This document shows, in pieces, positions 1 through 11,280 of a stretch of DNA of 64,000 bases (positions are counted from its first letter, which is position 1; the number at the start of each line of letters is the position of its first letter). Origin of the DNA: Macrostomum hystrix (taxonomy: Eukaryota > Animalia > Platyhelminthes); NCBI GenBank assembly GCA_950097015.1, contig CATNEN010000031.1, positions 1,550,001 to 1,614,000 of the forward strand, written 5' to 3'. The translations under genes and the position numbers were made by a program. The notes beneath the pieces are model-generated. The model ran no database searches and was not told the DNA's origin. It saw only the letters and a list, made by a program, of their open reading frames with translations.

Positions 1-1680
1 GAGGACCACGCTGCAGGCGAGTCTGATGGGCCACCCTGAGCAACACCACCTCTCCTGAGGTTGTCTGGTTTGCCAGGGGTTAGCGGAATGGGCGGTCCTC
101 TCTGCCTCCTTGCTGTGTCCGCCAGTCGAAACTTATTTCATTATAAGAGTTAAAAGATAGGTGCCAACACGATGTGGGGAGGGGTGGTTCTATTCTAACT
201 TTGAAAACTTTTGTTTTATAGATGACAATGTGTCCACAAGTCTAAGTCTCTTTGTTATCCATCCTCTGCGATATTGGACAGATCGTCATCTGGATGACGA
301 AGTTGTAAGATGACAAAGTGTCCAGGTACCAATTGATCTAAGACAGTATCTAGGCTATTTTAGCTATGCCTAATAAGAGCTATATTATTTTTGGCATTCT
401 TTTCTAATTGTTAATTAATTATCTGTTTTTCTGAAAAGTTTTATTTCAAATCAATACTAAAACATTGGGAAATCATTTTAAAACAATGGGAAATAATTAA
501 ACAATAGGAAAAATGATATGATGAGTGTCAAATATTGTGTCCAAATTCTGCAGGATTGCATGTCAAAATTCAGTAGGGATAATAATGTATTGTATATATT
601 GTATTCTGTTGTATGCCAATATCTTGTATGCCACCTTCCTTTTTTTGCTGAAGCTTACTCTAATAAATAATTCAAAACAAGAAGAAAAATAAATTTTCAA
701 AAGCCCATTTAAAATCATATTTTTCTGTAACATGTATAAAAAAATCATGCAGATTTATTTCAATAAAAATGTAGCATTTCTTTTGTTTTACCTAATTATT
801 TTAATCTGATAAAATATAGTTGTACTTGATTTAAAAGACTTATTCTTTTTATTAAACAGTCACATAAGTTCACTCATGAGTTGGTGCTTGTGTATTATGA
901 GTGGATAGCTAATAGCTTTACTATATGTCTATAGGTATGCCAGCTTGATTCACATGTTTGAATGTATGCCAAGTGTACATAAAGAAATGTACAGTGTTAG
1001 CTAGCAGCATGAGGCTTACTATAATTTTCATTTTTTTCATGATTATTTATTATGATTACTTTAGTAGTATGACAAAGTTCAATATTGAAAATAATAACAT
1101 TCACCTAATTGGCAGCTATGGTATAACATTTCCAATAGCTACATACAGCGTTTTTCTGGACTAAGGAAGCTGCTATATGTACCTAGACTTCTGACTAGCT
1201 GATGTTACCAAAAGCTATTACAGCAAAGGGAGCTGAAATAGCTAGGTAAAAGTGTCTTGTTTGAGGACAAATTGATTTCCTCTATACTGATATTTTCAGA
1301 AACTGACTGACCTCAAGGTCACAAGTTTTTAGATCTGATCACTGCGCAGTACTAAAGTCATATGCCTTTAAATGACGGGCAATAAAAATGGACCTATGGC
1401 TATAAGTTATATCATATAGACTTAGTAAGAAGCGCAATATCTTATTTTTTACTTGCTTTTTGAAAATAAGTATGATTTAAAATGTTTTAAATCATTTGAA
1501 ATGTAAATAATTGGTGCTAGTAGATTTGTAAATACGATTTAAAAAAACAAATACTAACTTGCACGCAGAAATTTTTTTTGCTATCTACATAAGTGATGTT
1601 GCATTTAATGCAAGTTCGTGAAATTTTCAATGATTGGTTTATACTTACTATTTTGTTATATCCTCAAACTTTGTATCCAG

Positions 1681-3363
1681 GTACTTTCTAAACCCAGATG
1701 CAGTGAGTCCGCACCTATATTGCTGCATCTGTCAGGAAGTGTTCAAAGAGCCTTGGCGTGCTCCCTGTGGTCACAGCTTCTGCAAGCGGTGTATATTTGA
1801 TTGGCTAGCTAAAAATGCCATCTGTCCTAGCGATCGCAAGCCAGTTACTGTTGGCCAGCTTCATCATGACTTTTTAGTGCAGAACATTATCGACGATTAC
1901 ATTGTGGCCTGCCCTTGGCGCGCTCTCGGCTGTAACAATGTTGGACCGCTGCACCAGCTGAAGGAGCACAAGAAGGTCTGCCCGTTGAATCCGAACACAA
2001 TGCCAAAGGTTCTGCAGGATTATAGCGTTGAGGTACTTAGTTCTGCCCAGCAGGAGTTGCAGCGCAAGCAGGTAACTAAACCGTGTGTTTTTTACAGTTG
2101 GAATCAACTGCTGCCCCCGTTGTTGGCCGTGAGAAGTCGATTCCTGACAGTCATTCCTATTTTTTTCCATTCAGTAAGTGTTATCCCTTGAGTAGGTGTT
2201 ATCCCTTCAGTAGGTAGGTTATCCCTTCAGTAGATGTGTTATCCCTTCAGTAGATGTGTTATCCCTTCAGTAGATGTGTTATCCCTTCAGTAGATGTGTT
2301 ATCCCTTCAGTAAGTGTGCTATCCCTTCAGTAGATGTGCTATCCCTTCAGTAGGTGTGTTATCCCTTCAGTAAGTGTGCTATACCTTCAGTAGGTGTGTT
2401 ATCCCTTCAGTAGGTGTGTTATCCCTTCAGTAAGTGTGCTATACCTTCAGTAAGTGTGCTATCCCTTCAGTAAGTGTGCTATCCCTTCAGTAACTGTGCT
2501 ATCCCTTCAGTATGTGTGCTATCCCTTCAGCAAGTGTGCTATCCCTTCAGTAAGTGTGCTATCCTTCAGTAGGTGTGCTATCCCTTCAGTAAGTGTGCTA
2601 TCCCTTCAGTAAGTGTGCTATCCCTTCAGTAAGTGTGCTATCCTTCAGTAGGTGTGCTATCCCTTCAGTAAGTGTGCTATCCCTTCAGTAAGTGTGCTAT
2701 CCCTTCAGTAAGTGTGCTATCCCTTCAGTAAGTGTGCTATCCCTTCAGTAAGTGTGCTATCCCTTCAGTAGGGGTGCTATCCCTTCAGTGTGCTATCCCT
2801 TCAGTACGTGTGATGTCCTTTGTTATTGTATCGATGTTCTGAAATTCGTTTCTCAGGTGCAGCGAAGTCTTGCCGCCGCTTCGAACGGCCGCCAGTCGGT
2901 ACCATCTTCTTTGCCATCTCGCCAGAGCAGCGACGGCGCCGGTGCCAGCAGCAGTAGCTGCAGCACCAGCGTATTCGACCAGCTTCTATCCGAGGAGCTT
3001 CAGCGTGGCGGCGAATCGAATGACGCCGCCGACGCATTAAATGACAACGCGGCTTCCACCGCCGAAGCCGTCCAAGTTCGACCCGCGGCGTCGTCATCTG
3101 GCGCTGCCGCCTCTTCTGACGCAGTCGCCGGCGCCAGCGCGGCCGATTCTTCGTTTGACGACGACGAGGCCAACCTGCCTGGCGGCCAGCTGCCGTCGCT
3201 ACGGATGCGCCTGTACATGAACAGGCAAGCTGAGAGCCGCAACGAGTATGTCAACTTCTTGGAGAATCTCAGCAACCAGCCGAGACTATTGGACCTGCCG
3301 GAGTCCATTAGCCGCTATTGCGAGGCGCCGGATAGCAAGCGGGCCCGACTTGACAATGAATAA
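1681..3363 (+). CDS. RING-HC + TRAF-type zinc-finger protein, putative E3 ligase (RNF151/TRAF-N-terminus-like); 5' exon not located
   Basis: Exons 1681-2071 and 2857-3363. Acceptor ttgtatccag|1681, donor cag|gtaact at 2072, acceptor tctcag|2857, both phase 0. RING CCICQEVF..PCGHSFCKRC..CPSDR followed by CPWRALGC..LKEHKKVC. Confidence 0.8.
2171..2810. repeat. Intronic minisatellite, 20-bp unit gtgtgctatcccttcagtaa, about 32 copies
   Basis: Direct tandem repetition inside intron 2072-2856. Confidence 0.95.
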
Positions 3364-3449
3364 AGAAGTACGTCTGTGCGGACTATGCTAGAAGGCTGCG
3401 CTAGTTGACTCCTTTTTTGTTGTTGCCAGATGGGTTTCGAATGCATTAA

Positions 3450-3864
3450 CAGTAGAAAGGCTACTGTGGTATTTCAAATACCAAAAGCCTCGATTCTTGT
3501 CCACGACCCTGTCGACCAGGATAAGTAACATTGCTCTGTACCAACCTGGCGAATCCATATTGGCTAAGTAATGTAAAAACCAACAATATAATCGCTACAA
3601 TGTGATCAGAAATAAAAGCCGACGCGATTATATGATACGGTTATATTATACCTTTTTATGAGCAGAAACTAGATGCCTATATTGGTGGTTTTTGCCACCT
3701 GATACCCCGACGGTGCCGATGTGTTGTGGTTTTAAAAATAGTTTCATCGGATAGGGCCGATTTAGCCGGTGTTCGGGATTTTAAAAGCGATCGGTTGAAT
3801 TTTTTGGTGATTCAGACAAAGAAACATGTTGGTATTTGAAATAGCCCTTGTGGTCCTTCCATTG
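3450..3864. mobile_element. MITE-like element, family 2
   Basis: Perfect inverted repeat tatttcaaataccaa (3470-3484) / ttggtatttgaaata (3829-3843). Left end TTAA|cagtagaa. Internal similarity to 61093-61520 (opposite orientation) and 57360-57640. Confidence 0.6.
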
Positions 3865-4239
3865 TTATAAACGTCGTTTATTTTCCACAATTTATCGGTT
3901 TGCTTTTAGTTCACGTTATAATAGTAGTGACAGGTAAGTGTCAAAAGTTTTTTCATTAGCTTAAAAGTTATTTTAGAATGCACTAATGTAACTGATTTAA
4001 ACGTAGCAATCACCTAACTTTGTGAAGAATAGTTAAATGTTTAAAATAAATAAATAATAAAGTTACTAGATTTCACTATAAGTGGGGGTACAAAAAGTAC
4101 ATTCCGGCTTTAATTTGTGCTCTAAAAAAGAATGGACTCTTTGCTCAGTTACAGTCTTAAAACGCATGCAGCTACCATCTTTTCAAAAGTGCATTATATA
4201 TTTGTTTCTCCTATTAGCAAGTAAAGCAAGGTTCTATTA

Positions 4240-4582
4240 AAAATAAAAATAATTGCAGGAGGGCTGCGGGCAATGGCACATCATTTAGTGACACTAGACC
4301 CGCAGCCAGCGAGGAGGCAATTCTGCCCATCTCGCTGACTCCTGAGCACACACGCACTCAGATACTGTACGCAGGCACCACACAGTCGCACAGGTGTGTA
4401 CATCTGCCCTGCCTTTCTCATCGTCAGGCAGTGTACACTTCACTGTGCCTTGGAGCTTGGCCCTCAAGGGCGTAAATTGCACGACAAGCCCCCAAGCCTT
4501 CTCTCCGCGGCTGCGCCCCAAATAAATGTGGCCTCGCCGTGGAATCGAACTTAGGGACCTTGGTGCGAGAGGCAAACGCGTT
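4240..4582 (-). mobile_element. tRNA-derived SINE family A, full-length copy
   Basis: Minus strand: A box tggcagagcgg, B box gttcgattcc, hairpin-rich body, A/T-rich tail; 12 related copies in the window. Confidence 0.85.
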
Positions 4583-5253
4583 AACCGCTCTGCCACCGAC
4601 CCCCTAAGTTTCTATTATACAAACTTTGTTTGCATTTTAATAAAGCAGGTGTTGTACCCTCCAACCTCGGTGAATTCAATATATAATATATGCGTAGGGC
4701 AGTTTCAAACTTATAACTAGCTCCGTAGATTTGTGAACAATGTCCGCCTCATCTGTTATATTTAATATCCGACTTCGCCATATATGTGCATGTAATTGTA
4801 TTGCAGTTTTTGTACTTTTTGCATTCAACTAGCCTCCGAGTCTGCTTTGATTAAACGCGAAATGATCAACGAGCATTTTGTAATCGTTTTATTTTTTGTA
4901 TTTATTTCATTGTATTAGAATGTAAACAATGCGCTTTAGTCTCTTTAATTATCTCTACTTCATAACTATTAGCTTAAAAACTTAACTGTCAGGATCATTG
5001 TTCGTCTTAGCGTTTTCATTATATATATTTTAGTAGTATTATGTAAAAATAGAAATTAACGTATTAGAAAAGTTGGGATAGGCACAGAATGTAGAAGCTT
5101 GTGTTTGATTTTCGCCTTTCGTATTGTGGTATCGTGTATTGCTATTATCGGTGGTAGTATTAAGTACTTTGGTCTTTAAATGAGATGGGGGAGATAAGAC
5201 TTTAAAAAGTAAGAAGAGGAGAGATAAGATACATAAAAGATGAGATACGGTAG

Positions 5254-5370
5254 AGACGAGTCAGAGGATAGATAAAATGCGAGAGAGATGAGTCAGAGGA
5301 TAGATAAAATGCGAGAGAGATGAGTTAGAGGATAGATAAAATGCGAGAGAGATGAGTCAGAGGATAGATA
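5254..5370. repeat. Short tandem repeat, about 32-bp purine-rich unit, 3-4 copies
   Basis: gagatgagtcagaggatagataaaatgcgaga repeated. Confidence 0.8.
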
Positions 5371-5907
5371 AGATACGTGAGAAATGTGAAAGATACAATG
5401 CAGACTACTGACAACAGTAGAAAAGCAAAGACTTGGCTGCAAAACTCTCACATAACAATAAAAAATATCGCCTTAAAAATGGCAAGCTTAAAAGAGACTT
5501 ATGTGCCCACTAAGAGTGGTGGGAGAGGACTGCGTGTGGCTTTGGCTGACTGACGAAGGCAAACAAGCCAGAAACCGGTCTCGGTCTGCCAGCGCGAGGT
5601 TCGTTCCCCACTTTTAGTGTGTTACAAGATGAAACACGGGTGAGACAAGACAAGGGAGGGTTAGGACACAATGGAGAGAGATGAGTCTAAAGAGACAAAA
5701 CATAGAATAGATATATAAGAAAGAAGATGAGTAAGACTGATGAAGTGATACGACAGGTGAGACAGACAGAGGAGAGATAAGACTGAAGAGAAAATACAGG
5801 AGAAATGAAACGGGAAAGATAAGACAGTGGCGAGATAAGATAAGAAAGGTGAGATAGGGATGAATGAATAATTCTTAGATTTTTCCCCTTTTCAGGCCGG
5901 CCGCAGG

Positions 5908-7492
5908 ATGTCCCGACACGACGGTGTCAGCTGTGACGGCTGCGACCAGCAGGCCTTCCGCGGCCGGCGCTACAAGTGCCTTCGCTGTTTCGACTTCGAT
6001 TTGTGCGGCGCCTGCTACGATATGCGCAACTTCCGTCAGCACAGAGAGGATCAGCAACAGGCTCTTCAACAGCTGGAGCTGCTTGGCGGCGGTGGCGGAC
6101 AGCACAGGGCTGACCACCCGATGCAGTGCATTCTAACTCGCACCGACATGCTGCTGTACTTTGGCGGCGAATCTGGCGGCGGCTCCGTCGGCGACGCTGG
6201 CGCTGTCTCTTTCACCTGCCCGTACTGCGGCAAGCTGGGCTATTCGCAGGCCGACCTAGCCGATCACGTGATTGTTGAGCACGCCGACGGCGCCTCAGGT
6301 GGGCAGGCTCAGCAGCAGCCGGTGATCTGTCCGGTGTGCGCCGCCTGTCCCAACAGTGCACCGAATCATCAGACTAGAAATCTGGCACAGCACCTGCAGT
6401 TCGATCACGCGCCAGTGAGTCACTTAAGAATAGATTTGTCCTAGAATGCCTTAGAATTTAATCAAGAGTACCTAAAGTCCATTAAAGTACTTTAACGGAC
6501 TAAAATACTTTAAAACAGAGTACCAAAGCATCAGGGAACCTTAGTACGCATTACCAAAGCATTAAGGTTACCTCAATAGGCGTGATTCGAGTTAACCTTA
6601 TGATACATTATCAAACACCTTATCTGATGCACAGGGAATCCTGGGCGCTGACGATACAACGATTTCAGCGTCGATGGCAACGGCTGGTGCCAGCCTGCGT
6701 GGCAGTCATCGCGATTCGTCAAGTAGGCGCGGCCTGCCCAGCCTCAGCCGCGTGTCCTGTGTACCAGTCCGGTCAGCGTCCGGTCGCGGTCGCGGCGGCA
6801 TGCCATCGGCATCGGCTGTGTTTGCCGCCGCTGCAGGTGGCGTTGGCAGCAGAGCAGAGAGCGGCAGCGGCGGCAGCGTTATCGAACGCCTGGCTTGGCC
6901 GCTGCGCGGCGATCCAATTGCCGAGCTGCTCAGCCAGCTCAGCTCCGTGCGCGGTCGACCGTCCGCGGCGGCCGCCGCCGTATCTAGTCAGCTGGCCCAG
7001 CTGGAGCTGCAGCTGCAGAGCACCAGGGCTCAACTGGAGCGTCTGCCGTCTTCAAACAGCAGTGGCGGCCGAGGTGGCAATGCTTCGCTCGGCGATTATG
7101 CTTTGGCTACCAGTCGCGCTGTTCCATTCTCTGTCTACGCCGGACAGCAGCAACCGCAGCCGAAGCCGCGGATAGGCACAGCCAGTCACCCGGCTGGCTC
7201 AGGTCTCCGCCTGAAAGCGGCAGCTTCAGTTCCGCTATCCGAGCAGCAGCAGCAGCAGCAGCAGACCTCGGGGGACCTCGGCTCAGTTGCGGCTGGTGTC
7301 GCTGCTCTGGCAACTTTGGAACAGGAGCAGCCGCTGTCTAAAGAAAAATATCCCTTATTGGGCGGACTGTTGGTTGCTGAGGCGAAGCCGGACTCGAAGC
7401 AGCAGCAGCTGGAAGAGCTGGCTGCTCAGCGCTCGGCTGGTGTGGCCACCCAGCTGCTGCTGAACCTATTCGCCGACACCTGCCAGTCCTAA
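5908..7492 (+). CDS. KCMF1: E3 ubiquitin ligase KCMF1 (ZZ finger + C2H2/Di19-type zinc finger)
   Basis: join(5908-6414,6635-7492), phase 0. [51 protein letters not shown] and [11 protein letters not shown] match recalled KCMF1 motifs. Confidence 0.93.
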
Positions 7493-7984
7493 ATGACTTT
7501 AGTCTCTTATACTCAAATATGCTTACTCAATTTTTAGTTTTGCTATTTCTGCTTATTCTTAAAACGTGCGTTGGTACGCTAGCGAATTATAGATGGTAGC
7601 TGATCAACCAATCAGCGCGCTTCTAGGCAAAGTCCTATACTAATGGAGATATCGTTTGTGTATTGGTGTTTGCCTTACGGTAAAATGTTGCAATTATAAA
7701 TTCCGTATGTCACGTTATAGGTATCATCTCACAACACTAACATAACAAATGAAAGACAAAATTTAATGGATTCAAATGATACTTTTTTATTCTTTTGACG
7801 GAACCAAAATGCGAACAAATATATTTTAAGTTTGCGTTCACGAAATAAGAGCAATTCTGATTTTGCTGCAATTTTTACAGGCATTTTTCTTGTTCGATTA
7901 ACGAATATTGTACTCTCTATAGCCTTCACTGGTGATCAATGTAATCCCCGACTGACTGTAGCTATATGAAGCGAATATTGTTAA

Positions 7985-8535
7985 GCAGACCTGTTAGAAG
8001 GGCCATTAGCTGTTATGCAGACCATCAGCTTTTAAACTGTGCATTAGATGTTAGACAGGTCATTAGCTGTTAGATATGCCATTAGCTGTTATACAGACCA
8101 TCAACTGTTAAACTGGCCATTTGCTGTTAGACAGGTCATTGATGACCGTTAGACTGGCTATTAGATGTTAGACAGACCATCCGCTGTTATACAGGCCATT
8201 AGCTGTTAGATATGCCATCAGCTGTTAGACAGGTCATTGATGACTGTTAGACAGACCATTAGATGTTATACAGACCATTAGCTGTTAGACAGGTCATTAG
8301 CTGTTAGATATGCCATTAGCTGTTAGATATGTCATTAGCTGTTAGATATGCCATTAGCTGTTAGATATGTCATTAGCTGTTAGATATGCCATTAGCTGTT
8401 AGATATGCCATTAGCTGTTAGATATGTCATTAGCTGTTAGATATGCCATTAGCTGTTAGATATGCCATTAGCTGTTAGATATGTCATTAGCTGTTAGATA
8501 TGTCATTAGCTGTTAGATATGCCATTAGCTGTAAG
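7985..8535. repeat. Minisatellite, 19-bp unit gccattagctgttagatat, degenerate at 5' side and homogeneous at 3' side
   Basis: Direct tandem repetition. Confidence 0.9.
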
Positions 8536-8792
8536 ACACAGATTGAAAAATCTTTATTTGTTCGCACGTTAGAAGTGGGAGCCATGGAAATGAAAAATTG
8601 CTGGTACCCTATGAAATGTTAATTTATTTCGTACACGTGCGTTTTCTTTCGCTTAACAAAAGATTAACCTTCTGAAACTCGATAATGTTGCGTATATCGT
8701 GGCTTTTCTTTTCCGTAGGAAGTCTAAATTTTTTATTGTCTATGATCTCATTTCATATAACGGGACTGCAAATTATATGAACCATTTTCATA

Positions 8793-9596
8793 CACTCAGC
8801 AACATTTAAAACGCAACACTCTAACTAGAAGAAAAATCAACTCACTCAAAAGAGTCAAAGCGCATAGTCTATGGTTCAAATCGAGCTTCAGAAACGCGTG
8901 TAGCTTCCTCTACAACACTCTAACTATAGAAGAAAAATCAACTCGACGTAATTTTCGCAGTGATGGTCGAATTCGCGTCTGGCGTGAGCCACGGCAAGAG
9001 CTTCTGCAGCAGCACGTGCAAAGCTGAGATAGGCAGGGACCCTCCGTACACGTGTGGGCAGGGATTTCAATGCGAGGCAGGACCCAGCTGGTTTTCTTAG
9101 ACGCAAACGTGAACGGCGATGAGTACGCTCGTTTGCTGCAGACGCATCTACTCCCTTTTGTTAACAACCACTTTGGTGGCGTCGCAAACTGCATACTGCA
9201 GGACGATAATGCACCGGCGCACCGGGCAGCAGCTGTCAGCGAACTCAAGGACCAGCTGCACCTGCGTACTCTTCGGTGGCCTTCAAGATCCCCTGATATG
9301 AACCCAATTGAACATGTTTGGGACTTTATCAAGCGGAGTGTTCAACGGCAGAATCCGCCGCAGACAGTCACTGAACTGCGAAACGCTGTTGCTAACGCGT
9401 GGCAGGAAATTCCCCAGGACTTTTTTCGACGCCTTGTTCTGGGAATGCCACGTCGAGTCAACGCCCTGTTACTTGCGAGAGGAGGCTACACGCGTTTCTG
9501 AAGCTCGATTTGAACCATAGACTATGCGCTTTGACTCTTCTGAGTGAGTTGATTTTTCTTCTAGTTAGAGTGTTGCGTTTTAAATGTTGCTGAGTG
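8793..9596 (+). mobile_element. Non-autonomous Tc1/mariner (DD34E) element, internally deleted
   Basis: 118-bp TIRs (8793-8910 and 9479-9596, 2 mismatches) flanked by TA at 8791-92 and 9597-98. Transposase C-half with QDDNAPAH..SPDMNPIE (34 residues between D and E) ending GGYTRF*. Confidence 0.92.
8945..9501 (+). pseudogene. Tc1 transposase remnant
   Basis: No DNA-binding domain; VIF followed directly by SDGRIRVWR (first catalytic D region deleted); frameshift near 9035; ORF 9052-9501 holds the rest. Confidence 0.85.
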
Positions 9597-9763
9597 TAGT
9601 TGAAAACGTCAAGTTAACCGGCGAACTACATGTGTGATGTATTTGGGGTCGTAAAACGTAGTTTAACAATGAAAACGAAGAGTAGGTAGGAATAAGTGAA
9701 CTAGTCAACGAATGTAGTCATAGTTGGTAACGTAGCGTAGTTGGTAACGAGACGGTTTAAAAA

Positions 9764-10690
9764 TCACTCCCATGTAATAGTGACAGTCTCACCATTGGCG
9801 ACGATCTTCATTTTCATAGAAGAGTTTGTCGTCTCCTTAGAAGTTTCCTCGCTCGCTGAAACAATGGACGAACCTTCCGGCTCTACATCATTGGTACGAA
9901 TAGCCACTGTGCGCTGAAGTGTCCCAAAAATCAGCAGATGATCACGCGTGTCAAGTGATATGTACCTCTTGACGGCACTACTAGAATGCCCTGTGATACG
10001 CGCTATATCAGCGCGTTGAACGCCGGCCTGATGCAGGGTGGTGGCACGTGTTTTTCGGAGCGACTGGTTTGTGAACCTGCCCGAGTTCTCATGTTCAGCC
10101 GTTAGTGATTTGACAACTCCATCCAGTGTGTGACGACCTAGCGGAACATTTTGGTACCACTTGCCAACTTCGATTCTCGTATCACCCCGATTGTAGCCCA
10201 GAAACAGATTTGACACGCTGCATGCTCCAGGTCTTTTAGCATCGTAGGCTTTGTATAGACAGGCCAAACAACGTAAGTGATCAGGCGCGTGGTACACACG
10301 TATCTCGCGAGGAGGTCCACGCTTCAGCTTCAGGCCGCGATTATTCGTTTTGTTGGCCCTTTGTTCGCTAAACAATAGACACTCGCCTTGCACATCGGAA
10401 CATACAACAATGTCCTTGTTGTGTTCCAGAGCATGCAGTTCGGACCCGCCACGGAGTGCAAAATGCTTTCCGATGTAGAAAATGACGGTAAATAGTAACT
10501 GCTTAGGTGTCTCTTGCCCGAGAACGCCGCTCCGCCACAGTTCGTCTTCAACTTCATGGCTGATCGGGGCGTCTTGTTCTTGATTAACGATTAAAGAATC
10601 GAGCCAAATTAAATTTTCGTCGGTTAGTTCTTCCATTGTTTTATAGTATTTGCCAATCTTTGCCACAAAGCGTCCTTCTGCTCTGCTCAC
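9764..10690 (-). mobile_element. Crypton-like tyrosine recombinase (DUF3504 type), probably decayed
   Basis: LWRSGVLGQETPKQLLFTV..FALRGG (R), NKTN (K), TNQSLR (HxxR site with H>Q), ITGH..KRY. The upstream ATG near 10753 is in another frame. Confidence 0.8.
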
Positions 10691-11280
10691 AGATACTATC
10701 AGTCTAGCCTATTCTTAATTTTTTCTTCGCTTCGTAATGAAATTTTGTCCATGGTACCACACCCCCAACCCGCCCAACCGAGTCTGCTGTTTTTGCTTCG
10801 AGGCTTCGCCTCGGCCAGTTATATGCAGTCTCGGACTTTCTTTACCACAGAACCGAAATTTGGCGGGTGTTATATAATACACATGAAATCCTGAGAATTT
10901 GATACCACTTTAGCTATTCTATATCTACATGCAGTCTGTGTTTTTTATGCCTATCGAAAGATCCAAAAAATCACGGAATGAGTCCAAATGTTTAATTTGT
11001 TTTCAAACTTCTAGTCATCTACGCTGTTAAGCTCAACAAGATTAACAGTGGTCAGATTGGCTTTATTAAGAGTAACCGAATATAGCAAACAGCATGGCAT
11101 TAGAGTAATCATCACTTTATTGCATAGTTTAGTTTAGCATTTGAGTCATGGACAAGAAACTGTTACTTGCAGGTTGTGAATTCGCATTTGCTTTGTACAT
11201 TTAAGGACAATGAAGAGTCGTCTCAACTCTCAATACTATGCAATACTATACTGTAAGTAGACTGTGCCGGACATGCTTAA

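Noticed and set aside
563-1164. Short AT-rich ORFs
   Set aside because: No codon bias, domain motif or splice support; consistent with chance ORFs.
4395-4440. Hammerhead-like words CUGACGA, GAAA, GUC in order inside the SINE-A hairpin (minus strand)
   Set aside because: Only 3 nt lie between CUGANGA and GAAA and there is no helix III; ctgac simply pairs with gtcag in a plain hairpin.
4505-4582. tRNA genes at the SINE heads
   Set aside because: A and B boxes are present, but the acceptor and anticodon stems are imperfect and every head is attached to the same downstream body.
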